This document shows, one piece after another, positions 27,810 to 36,085 of a stretch of 64,000 bases of DNA. The position numbers and the translations under genes were made by a program. Where the stretch lies: IMG/VR virus record IMGVR_UViG_3300035670_000048, positions 1 through 64,000 of that record; one strand, written 5' to 3'. Origin of the DNA: a virus. Taxonomy: Duplodnaviria; Heunggongvirae; Uroviricota; Caudoviricetes. Numbering within the stretch: position 1 is the stretch's first letter; the number at the start of each line of letters is the position of its first letter. The notes under the pieces are model-generated. The model was not told the DNA's origin, did no database searches, and worked only from the letters and a program-made list of their open reading frames with translations.

Positions 27810-27960
27810 ATATGAATAATAATTCTTCGCGTGTTAATTCGCTTAATGCGTTTTTAAATGCAACGTGAGTTGGGATTAATGCTCGTTCGTAGTTGTCTAC
27901 TTCCCAATTGATTTTGTTCTGTAGATCCAATACTGTTTTTATTTTATCTTCTCGTATCAT
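27793..27960 (-). CDS. Small ORF (55 aa).
   Basis: Translated by eye: MIREDKIKTVLDLQNKINWEVDNYERALIPTHVAFKNALSELTREELLFIFENYR*. Class B motif immediately upstream (27974-28003). 17-nt overlap with the downstream gene. Confidence 0.3.
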   Translation of the reverse strand: MIREDKIKTVLDLQNKINWEVDNYERALIPTHVAFKNALSELTREELLFIFENYR

Positions 27961-27973
27961 GTTAATTTATTTA

Positions 27974-28003
27974 TTCGTACAGATTAAAGATAATTAAGAG
28001 AAC
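27974..28003 (-). promoter_or_regulatory. Early promoter motif, class B.
   Basis: ttcgtacagattaaagataattaagagaa. Confidence 0.55.
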
Positions 28004-28012
28004 TTCAACACC

Positions 28013-28762
28013 CTATTGGGCGTTGAAGTGATCCATTAACTCGTCATTCGTCATTTTATTTGTCATTGCATCATATTTCTTATGAGCATATTCACCATCA
28101 GGTGTAGTAGTAGTTCTAAACACTATGTAGCTACCTGATTTGAATTTAACTGTAACTGTTTCGAATTCATCGTAATTACCTCTGCCACTATTATATCCTT
28201 TACCTGCTTCTACTTCAGCGTTTGGATATAATTTCTTGTATTTGTTAACTGTATACTTAACAATTGATTTAACTGTATTGGCGCGTGCAAATTCGTAATG
28301 TGCTTTTTCAGCTGCTTTAGCGATATTAACTAATATCGTTTCAGCTTTCATTTTACGTGAGTTCTGATTCAACCAGAAGCATTCGACTTTATCACCATAT
28401 AGTGAAATTGTAGCTTTGGTCTTAACGATTTCATTCTTTGTGTTATCGTATCGATCGAATATAATGTAAAAGTTACCATCGAATTGATCTAATTCAGCTT
28501 CAACCATTTTAGCTTCATCTCTCCAATGATTAACATTAACGCTACGCATTACTTTCTTACAATCAATGCTATAACTGTATTGAGCAGGTGAGAATCCAGC
28601 ATCAATTACCAGTTTCATTTTACGTAATACTTCGTCTTTTTGACGATTCATCTGCTTTGTAGCCGACGCTTTAGCTTCTGTAAGGCGTTGTTCCTGCTCT
28701 ACAGTTAACATGTTTGTGAATAATGGTAATTGGTTTGGAGCGATTTCTATTGTGTTTTCCAT
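28013..28762 (-). CDS. Hypothetical protein.
   Basis: 249 aa ORF. Motif at 28792-28819. Confidence 0.5.
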   Translation of the reverse strand: MENTIEIAPNQLPLFTNMLTVEQEQRLTEAKASATKQMNRQKDEVLRKMKLVIDAGFSPAQYSYSIDCKKVMRSVNVNHWRDEAKMVEAELDQFDGNFYIIFDRYDNTKNEIVKTKATISLYGDKVECFWLNQNSRKMKAETILVNIAKAAEKAHYEFARANTVKSIVKYTVNKYKKLYPNAEVEAGKGYNSGRGNYDEFETVTVKFKSGSYIVFRTTTTPDGEYAHKKYDAMTNKMTNDELMDHFNAQ

Positions 28763-28791
28763 AATGTTTGTTTATTTATTGGTTTAACTTC

Positions 28792-28819
28792 TTATTACAT
28801 TTAAAGATAATTAGGAAAT
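28792..28819 (-). promoter_or_regulatory. Early promoter motif, class A/B hybrid.
   Basis: ttattacatttaaagataattaggaaat. Confidence 0.55.
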
Positions 28820-28947
28820 CTTCTTACTCCCAATAATTTGTCCGATCAATGATACTAATATCTGGAAACTGGTAATTAATAATCCTACCATAGCAGCTGA
28901 TTGCAGGTTATCTTTACTGATTAGGTTTTTGATATCTTTCTCCATGA

Positions 28948-29220
28948 TTACGCTATTTTATCTATTTCAGGAATGATAACTGTTTGAATATGATTATTGA
29001 ACAGCGTTTCGTGTTCAATCATCTCAGCAGGTGCCCAATTGCATGTACATACATCATGATATGATCTATGATATGACATTGCCTCGTATGGATAATTTTC
29101 ATTTACCAATGTGAATGTTCCATCACCCTCGATGTCTTCTACTTCATATTCAGGGTAATTTGCTGTTAACCACGTTAGGAATGTTTTGTTAATTAGTTTG
29201 CGTTTTTCTGACTTGTTCAT
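28948..29220 (-). CDS. Hypothetical Cys/His-containing protein.
   Basis: 90 aa. Motif at 29237-29264. Confidence 0.5.
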   Translation of the reverse strand: MNKSEKRKLINKTFLTWLTANYPEYEVEDIEGDGTFTLVNENYPYEAMSYHRSYHDVCTCNWAPAEMIEHETLFNNHIQTVIIPEIDKIA

Positions 29221-29236
29221 ATGTTTGTTTATTTAT

Positions 29237-29264
29237 TTGTACATAGTAAATATAATAAGGAAAG
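29237..29264 (-). promoter_or_regulatory. Early promoter motif, class A.
   Basis: tttgtacatagtaaatataataaggaaag. Confidence 0.55.
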
Positions 29265-29286
29265 CTCGATCTTTCGACCGAGCTTT
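29261..29286 (-). terminator. Terminator-like hairpin after the SPFH gene.
   Basis: aaagctcgatctttcgaccgagcttt (8-bp stem). Confidence 0.4.
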
Positions 29287-29300
29287 AACTTATAAACTAA

Positions 29301-30248
29301 CTATTGAATATTCTTGAACATTTGAGGTACAGTTCCGTATACTGGTAACTTACCATCCCATTTATTAATGTATTCTAATTGTAATAACAATGGTGTTAAT
29401 GTTTGTTGTTTCATTCTATTTGATTCAGCTTCAGCTTTAGCTGATGTTAACATTGCTTGTGCGTTACCTTCTGCAGTTGCTACTTTAATTTTAGCTTGTG
29501 CTTCAGCCGTTTTAACTTCATTTTCTGCTCTCAATGCTGCTTGTACTGCATTATTTTTAGCTTCGATAGAACGTTTGAATGTTTCAGGATAAATTAAATT
29601 TGATGTGAATTGATTAATCGTGAATCCTTCTTTTAATAATTGACCATCCAACAATCTACGAACTTCAATTTCGAATACCGCTCTATTGCTGATTAATTCA
29701 TCTGCTGTATATTTGTTAGTTGCTAATCTGAATGCATCATATACTGCTGTCTTTAGGAATCCTTCTTCAATGTCTTCTAATGGTCTACGATACTTAGCAA
29801 ATATAGCAGGTACTTTATCTCGCTGTACTGAATAGTTCATAATAGGAGATACTGAAAATTCCGAACCGTCCTTACTATTTACGATGAACGAATTATCACC
29901 TTTATATTCTTTATGCTGAATGAATGTAGGAAATTCGTAAATACGAGTTGTAATTGGATTATAGAATACCACACCAGTAACTGCTACAATATCATCTACA
30001 CCTTTATTATCGCCATACTGATTTACTTTAACACCTACGTGTCCTGCATCAATGCGTTCACATGATGACATTAAGAATACTAATACTACTACAGCGATAA
30101 TACCCCCTAAAATTGATTTGATCATAACTTTTGTTTTTTGTTTTTTCTTTTCGTTAAATTCTAATTCTATTTGGTTGATTTCTTCTTCGGTTCGATAACG
30201 ATTTTCATCGTTATTATATCGATAATCATATCTTCTAAACTCTGCCAT
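29301..30248 (-). CDS. SPFH / band-7 (stomatin-prohibitin-HflK/C-like) membrane protein.
   Basis: 315 aa. N-terminal TM (ILGGIIAVVVLVFLMSS). SPFH-like core followed by an Ala/Glu/Lys coiled-coil tail (AEAQAKIKVATAEGNAQAMLTSAKAEAESNR). Confidence 0.55.
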   Translation of the reverse strand: MAEFRRYDYRYNNDENRYRTEEEINQIELEFNEKKKQKTKVMIKSILGGIIAVVVLVFLMSSCERIDAGHVGVKVNQYGDNKGVDDIVAVTGVVFYNPITTRIYEFPTFIQHKEYKGDNSFIVNSKDGSEFSVSPIMNYSVQRDKVPAIFAKYRRPLEDIEEGFLKTAVYDAFRLATNKYTADELISNRAVFEIEVRRLLDGQLLKEGFTINQFTSNLIYPETFKRSIEAKNNAVQAALRAENEVKTAEAQAKIKVATAEGNAQAMLTSAKAEAESNRMKQQTLTPLLLQLEYINKWDGKLPVYGTVPQMFKNIQ

Positions 30249-30251
30249 AAC

Positions 30252-30425
30252 TTATTTTGTTTTATTTGTGAAAATTTGATAATTTAATGTAATTAATCCA
30301 ATCATATTTAATCCACTTACTATATTAAGTAATGAATCGGCTGCAGTTAATCCTGGAAATATGATGTTATTTACTAGTAGCATATCACCTAGTAATATGC
30401 ATACCAAATATAATAGTAACTTCAT
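30252..30425 (-). CDS. Small 2-TM membrane protein (57 aa) immediately downstream of the SPFH gene.
   Basis: Translated by eye: MKLLLYLVCILLGDMLLVNNIIFPGLTAADSLLNIVSGLNMIGLITLNYQIFTNKTK*. TAATG coupling with 30425. Confidence 0.3.
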   Translation of the reverse strand: MKLLLYLVCILLGDMLLVNNIIFPGLTAADSLLNIVSGLNMIGLITLNYQIFTNKTK

Positions 30426-30685
30426 TATTCGCCTCGGTTACCTGCTTTCTGGAATTTCTTATAATCAGGAATACCCTCGAAATTGCGTTGCCAGTAATCG
30501 AAGTCCTTCTCGCTCATCGGCATTCCGAATACATGCCATTCAGCTAATTTTCTGTCGCCTTGCGGAATTAATGCGGGTCCGTCTGAATTGTGTAGTTGTT
30601 TCTTACCACCACGATCTAAATAATAACCGATCGTTCCGTCTGCTGTTTTGAATTTACCGTACTTTAATTTGTTGTAACTTTCCAT
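30425..30685 (-). CDS. Hypothetical protein.
   Basis: 86 aa ORF. Confidence 0.5.
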   Translation of the reverse strand: MESYNKLKYGKFKTADGTIGYYLDRGGKKQLHNSDGPALIPQGDRKLAEWHVFGMPMSEKDFDYWQRNFEGIPDYKKFQKAGNRGE

Positions 30686-30688
30686 AAC

Positions 30689-31408
30689 TTATTTTTTATA
30701 TGTATTAAATTTAATTTCACCGTTATCAATGATCATATACTCGCCTGATGTTCCTAATGTATCAATATAGTAGTAACGACCATTTGTTGATTTACCTTCA
30801 CGATCGATTTTATTCTGTTGAGTATGACCTACAACTTGAATGAACTGATCACGTAATGTATCACGATTAGCTTTCTGAAGTGATTTAGGACGAATCCAAA
30901 TTGGAGACGATTCAACACTATCACCATATGGACTCAATCCAGTAAATCTAAACGGACGTGATGATGAATCCCACATTTCGTTTATATTATCTGCTACATT
31001 ATCACCTTCTAAATGCAACATTTTCATCCAGTAAGTATACCAATCATTACTTACACCAGCGTGAGTGAATAGATAACCATCCATTTCGTATGCCATCTGT
31101 AGGTGTTCTGTATTATTGAATAATAAATCATTAATAGCTGGAGCAGCACCGGCTTGATATCCACTATAACGTTCTGAGCCATCCATATAATGAAAGTCAT
31201 GATTACCAACTAATATGATTACCTCTGCTTTGTCTGATAATTTGAAGTTAATTATCTGTTCAAAGTTTGACATCTGCTCGGCCGCAGTATAATCATCGTA
31301 TGAATCAAAGTAATCTCCAATGAATATAACTCGATCTGGTTGTTCGTCTATTACGATTTGCTTCCAGCAATCACGACCATGGATATCACCTATTACAACT
31401 GTTTTCAT
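30689..31408 (-). CDS. PPP-family Ser/Thr or diadenosine-tetraphosphatase-type metallophosphoesterase.
   Basis: Signature motifs GDIHGR ... GDYFDSY ... GNHDF. Confidence 0.65.
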   Translation of the reverse strand: MKTVVIGDIHGRDCWKQIVIDEQPDRVIFIGDYFDSYDDYTAAEQMSNFEQIINFKLSDKAEVIILVGNHDFHYMDGSERYSGYQAGAAPAINDLLFNNTEHLQMAYEMDGYLFTHAGVSNDWYTYWMKMLHLEGDNVADNINEMWDSSSRPFRFTGLSPYGDSVESSPIWIRPKSLQKANRDTLRDQFIQVVGHTQQNKIDREGKSTNGRYYYIDTLGTSGEYMIIDNGEIKFNTYKK

Positions 31409-31431
31409 ATTATAAATGTAATTAAGAGAAC
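31406..31431 (-). promoter_or_regulatory. Early promoter motif, class A (short form) abutting the ATG of the PPP phosphatase gene.
   Basis: catattataaatgtaattaagagaac. Confidence 0.5.
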
Positions 31432-31653
31432 TTAAATATGTAAATGATCTTTAATATTTTGAATATGCTTACATACCTTAGTACGTCCACATTGAAACGC
31501 TAAGCAATTGCATTTCAATTTGTTATCTTGATCTCGTACTACCTTATAGTCTTTGAATTTACCTTTTGCATCTTTGGATCCCATTACTACATAAGTAATA
31601 GTCCATTTTTCAGTTGGTATCTGTGTTTTGCGTGGTCGTCCTCGTTGTGCCAT
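31432..31653 (-). CDS. Small zinc-finger protein (SWIM-like CxC...CxH).
   Basis: KCNCLAFQCGRTKVCKHI. Confidence 0.4.
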   Translation of the reverse strand: MAQRGRPRKTQIPTEKWTITYVVMGSKDAKGKFKDYKVVRDQDNKLKCNCLAFQCGRTKVCKHIQNIKDHLHI

Positions 31654-31798
31654 TGGTTAGTTGTGTTTGTAGTTGACGTATTTCTTGTTGTAACAGTTTA
31701 TATTCTTCTGAGCGCAGTCCGTCTCTACTAGCCAATAAACAAGCCATTGACTGACGTTGTAATTCCATCAAACGTGAGACTATTATATGTTGTTCCAC
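31610..31798 (-). CDS. Hypothetical protein.
   Basis: 62 aa ORF overlapping 31432..31653 by 44 nt. Confidence 0.35.
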   Translation of the reverse strand: MEQHIIVSRLMELQRQSMACLLASRDGLRSEEYKLLQQEIRQLQTQLTNGTTRTTTQNTDTN

Positions 31799-31805
31799 TG
31801 CTCAT

Positions 31806-32000
31806 TTATATACACATATAAATATAATGGGACATATCTCTATGTCCCTTATGTTTTACTTGATATAATTTACCTTTTTTTGTCTTACAGACTCTTTCGG
31901 TAGTCATTTTACTTATAATGTGGCAACACTCCCCAACGCTTAGTGGTTCCGGTTTGAATCGTTCTAATATTTCTGCAAATGTTAATTTGTTATTTTTCAT
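31806..32000 (-). CDS. Small Cys/His-rich protein.
   Basis: 64 aa. Motif at 32001-32022. Confidence 0.45.
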   Translation of the reverse strand: MKNNKLTFAEILERFKPEPLSVGECCHIISKMTTERVCKTKKGKLYQVKHKGHRDMSHYIYMCI

Positions 32001-32023
32001 GCTATGAATGTAATTAAGAAATC

Positions 32024-32623
32024 TTAATATTTCACTTGCTTATATTCAACACTTATCGTATCATACTCGTCTCCAGTTGGATCAATGTTTTTAAGAGTAA
32101 CTGTGTAAACAGGTGTTTCATCAGCGTAATCAGCTTTATCAATGTATTTTACTACACCTGTATATCCTTCTGGGAATTGATATGCTTCAAAGTATTTTGG
32201 ATTTAATTCAATTTTATCACCTATTTTATATGTGTCGAAATCCATTGATGATTCTTTAATGTTGGCTAATTTTTGGAAACGCTCATACATTGAATCGTAA
32301 TTACGAGGTACTTCACGATTCGCTTCTTCTTCCTCATAATCGTCTACCATTGATTGGTCACGTGCTGATAATGGTTTATTTGGTAATGCTTTGTCTTCAT
32401 CACTTAAGTGATCAGTATTATCAGGAGCAATTTCGTCCATTGCTGCTTGAGCACGTTCGTAATAGTCCATTGCCTTTTCAGCATATAAATTACGTGCTGC
32501 ATCTGTAATGGTTGGATCCATAGCTAATGTTCTATATTCATAGAACTTTTCCATACAATACTTTGCATAGTCAGCTGGGCTCATTTCATCCTTAGCATCA
32601 GGGCCAAATTCTTCGTTAATCAT
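32024..32623 (-). CDS. Hypothetical acidic protein.
   Basis: 199 aa ORF. Motif at 32641-32663. Confidence 0.5.
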   Translation of the reverse strand: MINEEFGPDAKDEMSPADYAKYCMEKFYEYRTLAMDPTITDAARNLYAEKAMDYYERAQAAMDEIAPDNTDHLSDEDKALPNKPLSARDQSMVDDYEEEEANREVPRNYDSMYERFQKLANIKESSMDFDTYKIGDKIELNPKYFEAYQFPEGYTGVVKYIDKADYADETPVYTVTLKNIDPTGDEYDTISVEYKQVKY

Positions 32624-32660
32624 ATTAGATATTTTATTTATATATAAATATAATCAAGAA

Positions 32661-32680
32661 AGGGGAACCTAAGCTCCCCT
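32661..32680 (-). terminator. Rho-independent terminator after the small lipoprotein gene.
   Basis: aggggaacctaagctcccct. On the gene strand GGGGAGCTTAGGTTCCCC is followed by TTTCTTGATTATATTT. Confidence 0.5.
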
Positions 32681-32700
32681 TTACCTAATACTAACTCTGA

Positions 32701-32871
32701 TTACTTAGCAGCAGCAGTGTCAGCAGCTACTGAATCAGCAGCAACTGTATCTACAGCAGCAGTGTCAACTGCAGTTGTGTCAGCAGCAGATTCTGATTTA
32801 GAACCACCACATGATACTGTAGCTAAAGCGAATGTTAATGCAACGAACGTTAGTGCGAATAATTTTTTCAT
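32701..32871 (-). CDS. Small secreted lipoprotein (56 aa) with AADT(A/V) repeats. GC-richer than its surroundings.
   Basis: Translated by eye: MKKLFALTFVALTFALATVSCGGSKSESAADTTAVDTAAVDTVAADSVAADTAAAK*. The track's +32717..32920 ORF is its antisense artefact. Terminator hairpin downstream at 32661-32680. Confidence 0.45.
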   Translation of the reverse strand: MKKLFALTFVALTFALATVSCGGSKSESAADTTAVDTAAVDTVAADSVAADTAAAK

Positions 32872-32955
32872 TTTTGTTTTATTTTGGTTATTTAATTTAT
32901 TTACAACTTATTTTACTTAATATAAATATACTGAAGAAATCCTGAAATTCTAATC

Positions 32956-34071
32956 TTAATGACTATCTCCAACGTCTTTCTTTTCAGCATAGATGTGGTA
33001 GTCGGGATTAATTACTTTGGCTACTTTACTTCTATCACCTGATTCCTCTTTGATAACGATACCTTCATGTGGTACTTTAGTGCCGTCAATGAATTGATTG
33101 AATGTAAATGCATCTTGTACTTCTTGAGACCAGAACCCTCTATACAGTAACTCTACATAATGTAATTTTAAAGTAGCGATCTCACTGTCTGATCGATGTA
33201 CTGATAAGTATTTACCATCCACCTCAACATCAAATCCTACAAACTCGATATCATCTAAACCATATTCATAATTCTTTTGGATACCTTTACCGAATACTTC
33301 TCCATAAACGATAAAACCAGTACCAATCAATTCAGGTGAATACCATGTTTTAACATGAGCCCATAATTTGTCTTTGATATCATATCGATCAGCAATTGTT
33401 CTCCATACATCAGTATCATAGAATCCTTGTGTATCAGATCCTTTTTCAACGTTGTGTGAGCCATAAATGAACTCATAATTAGCCCATTCATTACCGAAGA
33501 ATTTCCTTACTTTATCCCACAATGATAACTTATTCTTCTTGATAATACCGTAACGAGCATTTGTACCATGAATCTTACGAGTAATTTCTACTACGTCGTC
33601 TTCAGTAAACATATTAGGTACGTTCTTGAAGTTAGGGAACTTATAGTAAACGTGGAAATTTGGATTATCCTTGTATTTAATCTTACGTCCACCTGCTAAT
33701 TGTACTTGTCTAACTGGTGGTTCATATTTGTAGATACCTAACTCCTTCATCAAATCATCACCCTCATCATGGAATGTTCTAATATAACCATAAGGAATAA
33801 TTAAACATTCAGAATAAACACCACGTAATTTAATAGTACGTACACGTCCGCCTTTACGTAAGTAATTAGTAACACCGATTCGGTCAGATAATTCTTCAGG
33901 AATGATAGCGTCTGTAGTAGCGATAACTGCTTTTTGATCTATATAGTATTCGCCTTTCTTACTGATGCAATTCCATCCGTTTACTACTACTAATTCGATG
34001 TTGTCTGCTCCGTCAATCGGTTTGATGTCGGTAACTTTACCTACGAAGCATACTGAGTTATTGTTTTCCAT
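32956..34071 (-). CDS. ATP-dependent RNA ligase (Rnl2/Rnl5-like nucleotidyltransferase with an N-terminal OB-like extension).
   Basis: 371 aa. Covalent nucleotidyltransferase motif I KIHGTN (KxHG) at ~residue 165. N-terminal ~150 aa VGKVTDIKPIDGADNIELVVVNGW... resembles the OB domain of Rnl5-type ligases. As I recall it, T4 Rnl2 carries KIHGTN. Confidence 0.55.
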   Translation of the reverse strand: MENNNSVCFVGKVTDIKPIDGADNIELVVVNGWNCISKKGEYYIDQKAVIATTDAIIPEELSDRIGVTNYLRKGGRVRTIKLRGVYSECLIIPYGYIRTFHDEGDDLMKELGIYKYEPPVRQVQLAGGRKIKYKDNPNFHVYYKFPNFKNVPNMFTEDDVVEITRKIHGTNARYGIIKKNKLSLWDKVRKFFGNEWANYEFIYGSHNVEKGSDTQGFYDTDVWRTIADRYDIKDKLWAHVKTWYSPELIGTGFIVYGEVFGKGIQKNYEYGLDDIEFVGFDVEVDGKYLSVHRSDSEIATLKLHYVELLYRGFWSQEVQDAFTFNQFIDGTKVPHEGIVIKEESGDRSKVAKVINPDYHIYAEKKDVGDSH

Positions 34072-34240
34072 TGATTGATATTGATTTATATATTCCTGCT
34101 AGTTCTCCTTTTTCGTATTGTAGTTTTAAATCTACTTGTTCAAGTGATAATAATATATCTTTTAATTCTAGTACAAGTTCTAAATTACCTGCTTCTAATT
34201 GCTCGTAGATTCTTTCTACTACTGTTTGTTCATTTTCCAT
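34058..34240 (-). CDS. Hypothetical protein. Start re-assigned to MENEQTVV...
   Basis: The track ORF 34058..34348 overlaps 34230..34412 by 119 nt. The internal ATG at 34240 gives a normal 11-nt overlap. Confidence 0.4.
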   Translation of the reverse strand: MENEQTVVERIYEQLEAGNLELVLELKDILLSLEQVDLKLQYEKGELAGIYKSISINGKQ

Positions 34241-34412
34241 CTTCAATAATTTTAATTGTTTTAGGATCAACAGGCCAGATAGGCATACGATCAAGTGTGA
34301 CTTGAAAATCACCACTAAAACCAATACCTGCAAAAGTACAAATACCAACTAATGGTTCGTTTGGCCATCTTGGAGATATTACTGATATTTTCTTTCCTAT
34401 TAAGTGTTCCAT
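34230..34412 (-). CDS. Hypothetical protein.
   Basis: 60 aa ORF. Motif at 34428-34454. Confidence 0.45.
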   Translation of the reverse strand: MEHLIGKKISVISPRWPNEPLVGICTFAGIGFSGDFQVTLDRMPIWPVDPKTIKIIEDGK

Positions 34413-34427
34413 TTGTTTGTTTATCTT

Positions 34428-34454
34428 ATTATACTGTAAATATAATTAAGAAAT
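34428..34454 (-). promoter_or_regulatory. Early promoter motif, class A.
   Basis: ttatactgtaaatataattaagaaat. Confidence 0.55.
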
Positions 34455-35051
34455 TTGGTCTATACTATCTGGATAATATAGTAATGTTGGATTCTTTTTC
34501 TGAATATCGATATCAGGATATTGTTTTTTAAATTCCTGAACATCAAATCGCTTTGTGATTAGATGAAAACCATTCTTAGTAGGGATAACTGCGTCTACTT
34601 TATCTCCTACTGGTCGTAAAGTATTAATGAAATCATCAATTGTACCTACAACTTCTAGTAGAGGACTATCAATGTCAACTACCCAACGCTTCTCATGTGT
34701 CTTCAACTGTCCAACAACTGAATCAAATAGTCCTTGTTGTTTGTGTTGTCCACATTTGATTCGTTCAGCCAATGTTACCATCATATCTAACGATACATCT
34801 TTATGACTTTGTTTTTGAATGTGCATGTATGCTCTTGCCTTAAACACCTCACATAGCATTTTAATTTCATCATATCGTTCTTCTAACTGCTCAACTGATT
34901 TAATACAGTATGAACGAATAGTACGAACCGATTGATGGTTTGCTTTATCAGTTGATTGATCCTTTTTACGTTTGAAAACGTATAGCATATAGAAATCATC
35001 CTCATCATCGAAGTTGAGTAATGGTTTGATTAGATTTAAGTTATCGATCAT
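34446..35051 (-). CDS. Hypothetical protein.
   Basis: 201 aa ORF. Confidence 0.5.
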   Translation of the reverse strand: MIDNLNLIKPLLNFDDEDDFYMLYVFKRKKDQSTDKANHQSVRTIRSYCIKSVEQLEERYDEIKMLCEVFKARAYMHIQKQSHKDVSLDMMVTLAERIKCGQHKQQGLFDSVVGQLKTHEKRWVVDIDSPLLEVVGTIDDFINTLRPVGDKVDAVIPTKNGFHLITKRFDVQEFKKQYPDIDIQKKNPTLLYYPDSIDQIS

Positions 35052-35215
35052 AATTCGATTTTTTTAATTTTACCACATTTAGTACACATTAGTATTTGTC
35101 TTACTTTATATGGTCTATTTTCTTTATCACTATGAAATATATTTACCTCATCATGTATTTTCCATTGATGCATACAACCCCATTTAGCTAGTATTTGATT
35201 GATTAGTTCTATCAT
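35048..35215 (-). CDS. Small zinc-ribbon-like ORF (55 aa).
   Basis: Translated by eye: MIELINQILAKWGCMHQWKIHDEVNIFHSDKENRPYKVRQILMCTKCGKIKKIEL*. Confidence 0.3.
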   Translation of the reverse strand: MIELINQILAKWGCMHQWKIHDEVNIFHSDKENRPYKVRQILMCTKCGKIKKIEL

Positions 35216-35601
35216 AATTTAATTTGGAATCTATGTAACATATTACCTATTGATGCTGCAGGAACATTATGTATTGATTCATTACCATGACGATTCTCTA
35301 CAATCAACGAATGAACACGATAACCGTATTTAGCTGCTAATTCATAATAATCTTTCATTTCCCATTCCTGAGTAAATGTGTTTGCTACTACAATTTTAGC
35401 ATCGTTATCTGTCATCCAATCCTCAACTACATCACGACACCACTTATGTGCTGCTGGTAATCCGCGTTGATTAAATTCATATTCGCCTGTTTCTTCATTG
35501 ATAAAGTACATATCTGCTTCGATATGTCTATTAGCTAATAATTCTGCTAATGTTGTTTTACCAGCACCTGGTAATCCTCTTAATAATATTAAATCTTTCA
35601 T
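35212..35601 (-). CDS. P-loop kinase (AAA_33 / polynucleotide-kinase-like). Start re-assigned to MKDLILL...
   Basis: Walker A LRGLPGAGKTT at the N-terminus. The track start at 35661 would run through the promoter motif 35599-35623. Confidence 0.5.
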   Translation of the reverse strand: MKDLILLRGLPGAGKTTLAELLANRHIEADMYFINEETGEYEFNQRGLPAAHKWCRDVVEDWMTDNDAKIVVANTFTQEWEMKDYYELAAKYGYRVHSLIVENRHGNESIHNVPAASIGNMLHRFQIKL

Positions 35602-35623
35602 AATATGAAGATAATTAAGAAAT
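35599..35623 (-). promoter_or_regulatory. Early promoter motif, class B (short), abutting the kinase ATG.
   Basis: cataatatgaagataattaagaaat. Confidence 0.5.
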
Positions 35624-35884
35624 TTAATAATGTAAATCCAAATAAAAACATTCTTTATCATCTAGGTATGTAACCGGACTCCAAACTGCGGAATATTGGT
35701 TATCCCATTCTGGATATATTGGGTCTGGTTTCTTTAAAGTTTTCCATCCACGTTCTTCATAATATATATCTTCTACTCTCTGTGATACTACCAATGCATC
35801 ATCTGGATAATCTTTCAAATATTCTTTTAATTCACCTACTGTTAGATAATGTAGATGTTTTTCTTTAAATTCCTTCGGTGTCAT
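35624..35884 (-). CDS. Hypothetical protein.
   Basis: 86 aa ORF. Confidence 0.45.
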   Translation of the reverse strand: MTPKEFKEKHLHYLTVGELKEYLKDYPDDALVVSQRVEDIYYEERGWKTLKKPDPIYPEWDNQYSAVWSPVTYLDDKECFYLDLHY

Positions 35885-36083
35885 TATTTATTTGTTTAAT
35901 TATGGTTCGATTTATAGGAAATGAAGCAACGATAGTTTTCATGTAAGTGCTTTTTTGTTCAATTTTAAATGTATAACATCCGTTATTGTAATCATATCCA
36001 TCCGCATCTATTTCATATTCAACAATTCCACCACTACCACCTTGGATAGTTCCCGTAATTACATCTAAATAATATCTTTTCAT
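35865..36083 (-). CDS. Hypothetical protein.
   Basis: 72 aa ORF. Confidence 0.45.
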   Translation of the reverse strand: MKRYYLDVITGTIQGGSGGIVEYEIDADGYDYNNGCYTFKIEQKSTYMKTIVASFPINRTIIKQINNDTEGI

Positions 36084-36085
36084 AA

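Noticed and set aside
28816-28945. Possible 44-aa TM mini-ORF (MEKDIKNLISKDNLQSAAMVGLLITSFQILVSLIGQIIGSKKIS).
   Set aside because: It overlaps the promoter motif at 28792-28819 and is very short. It is kept only as a note.
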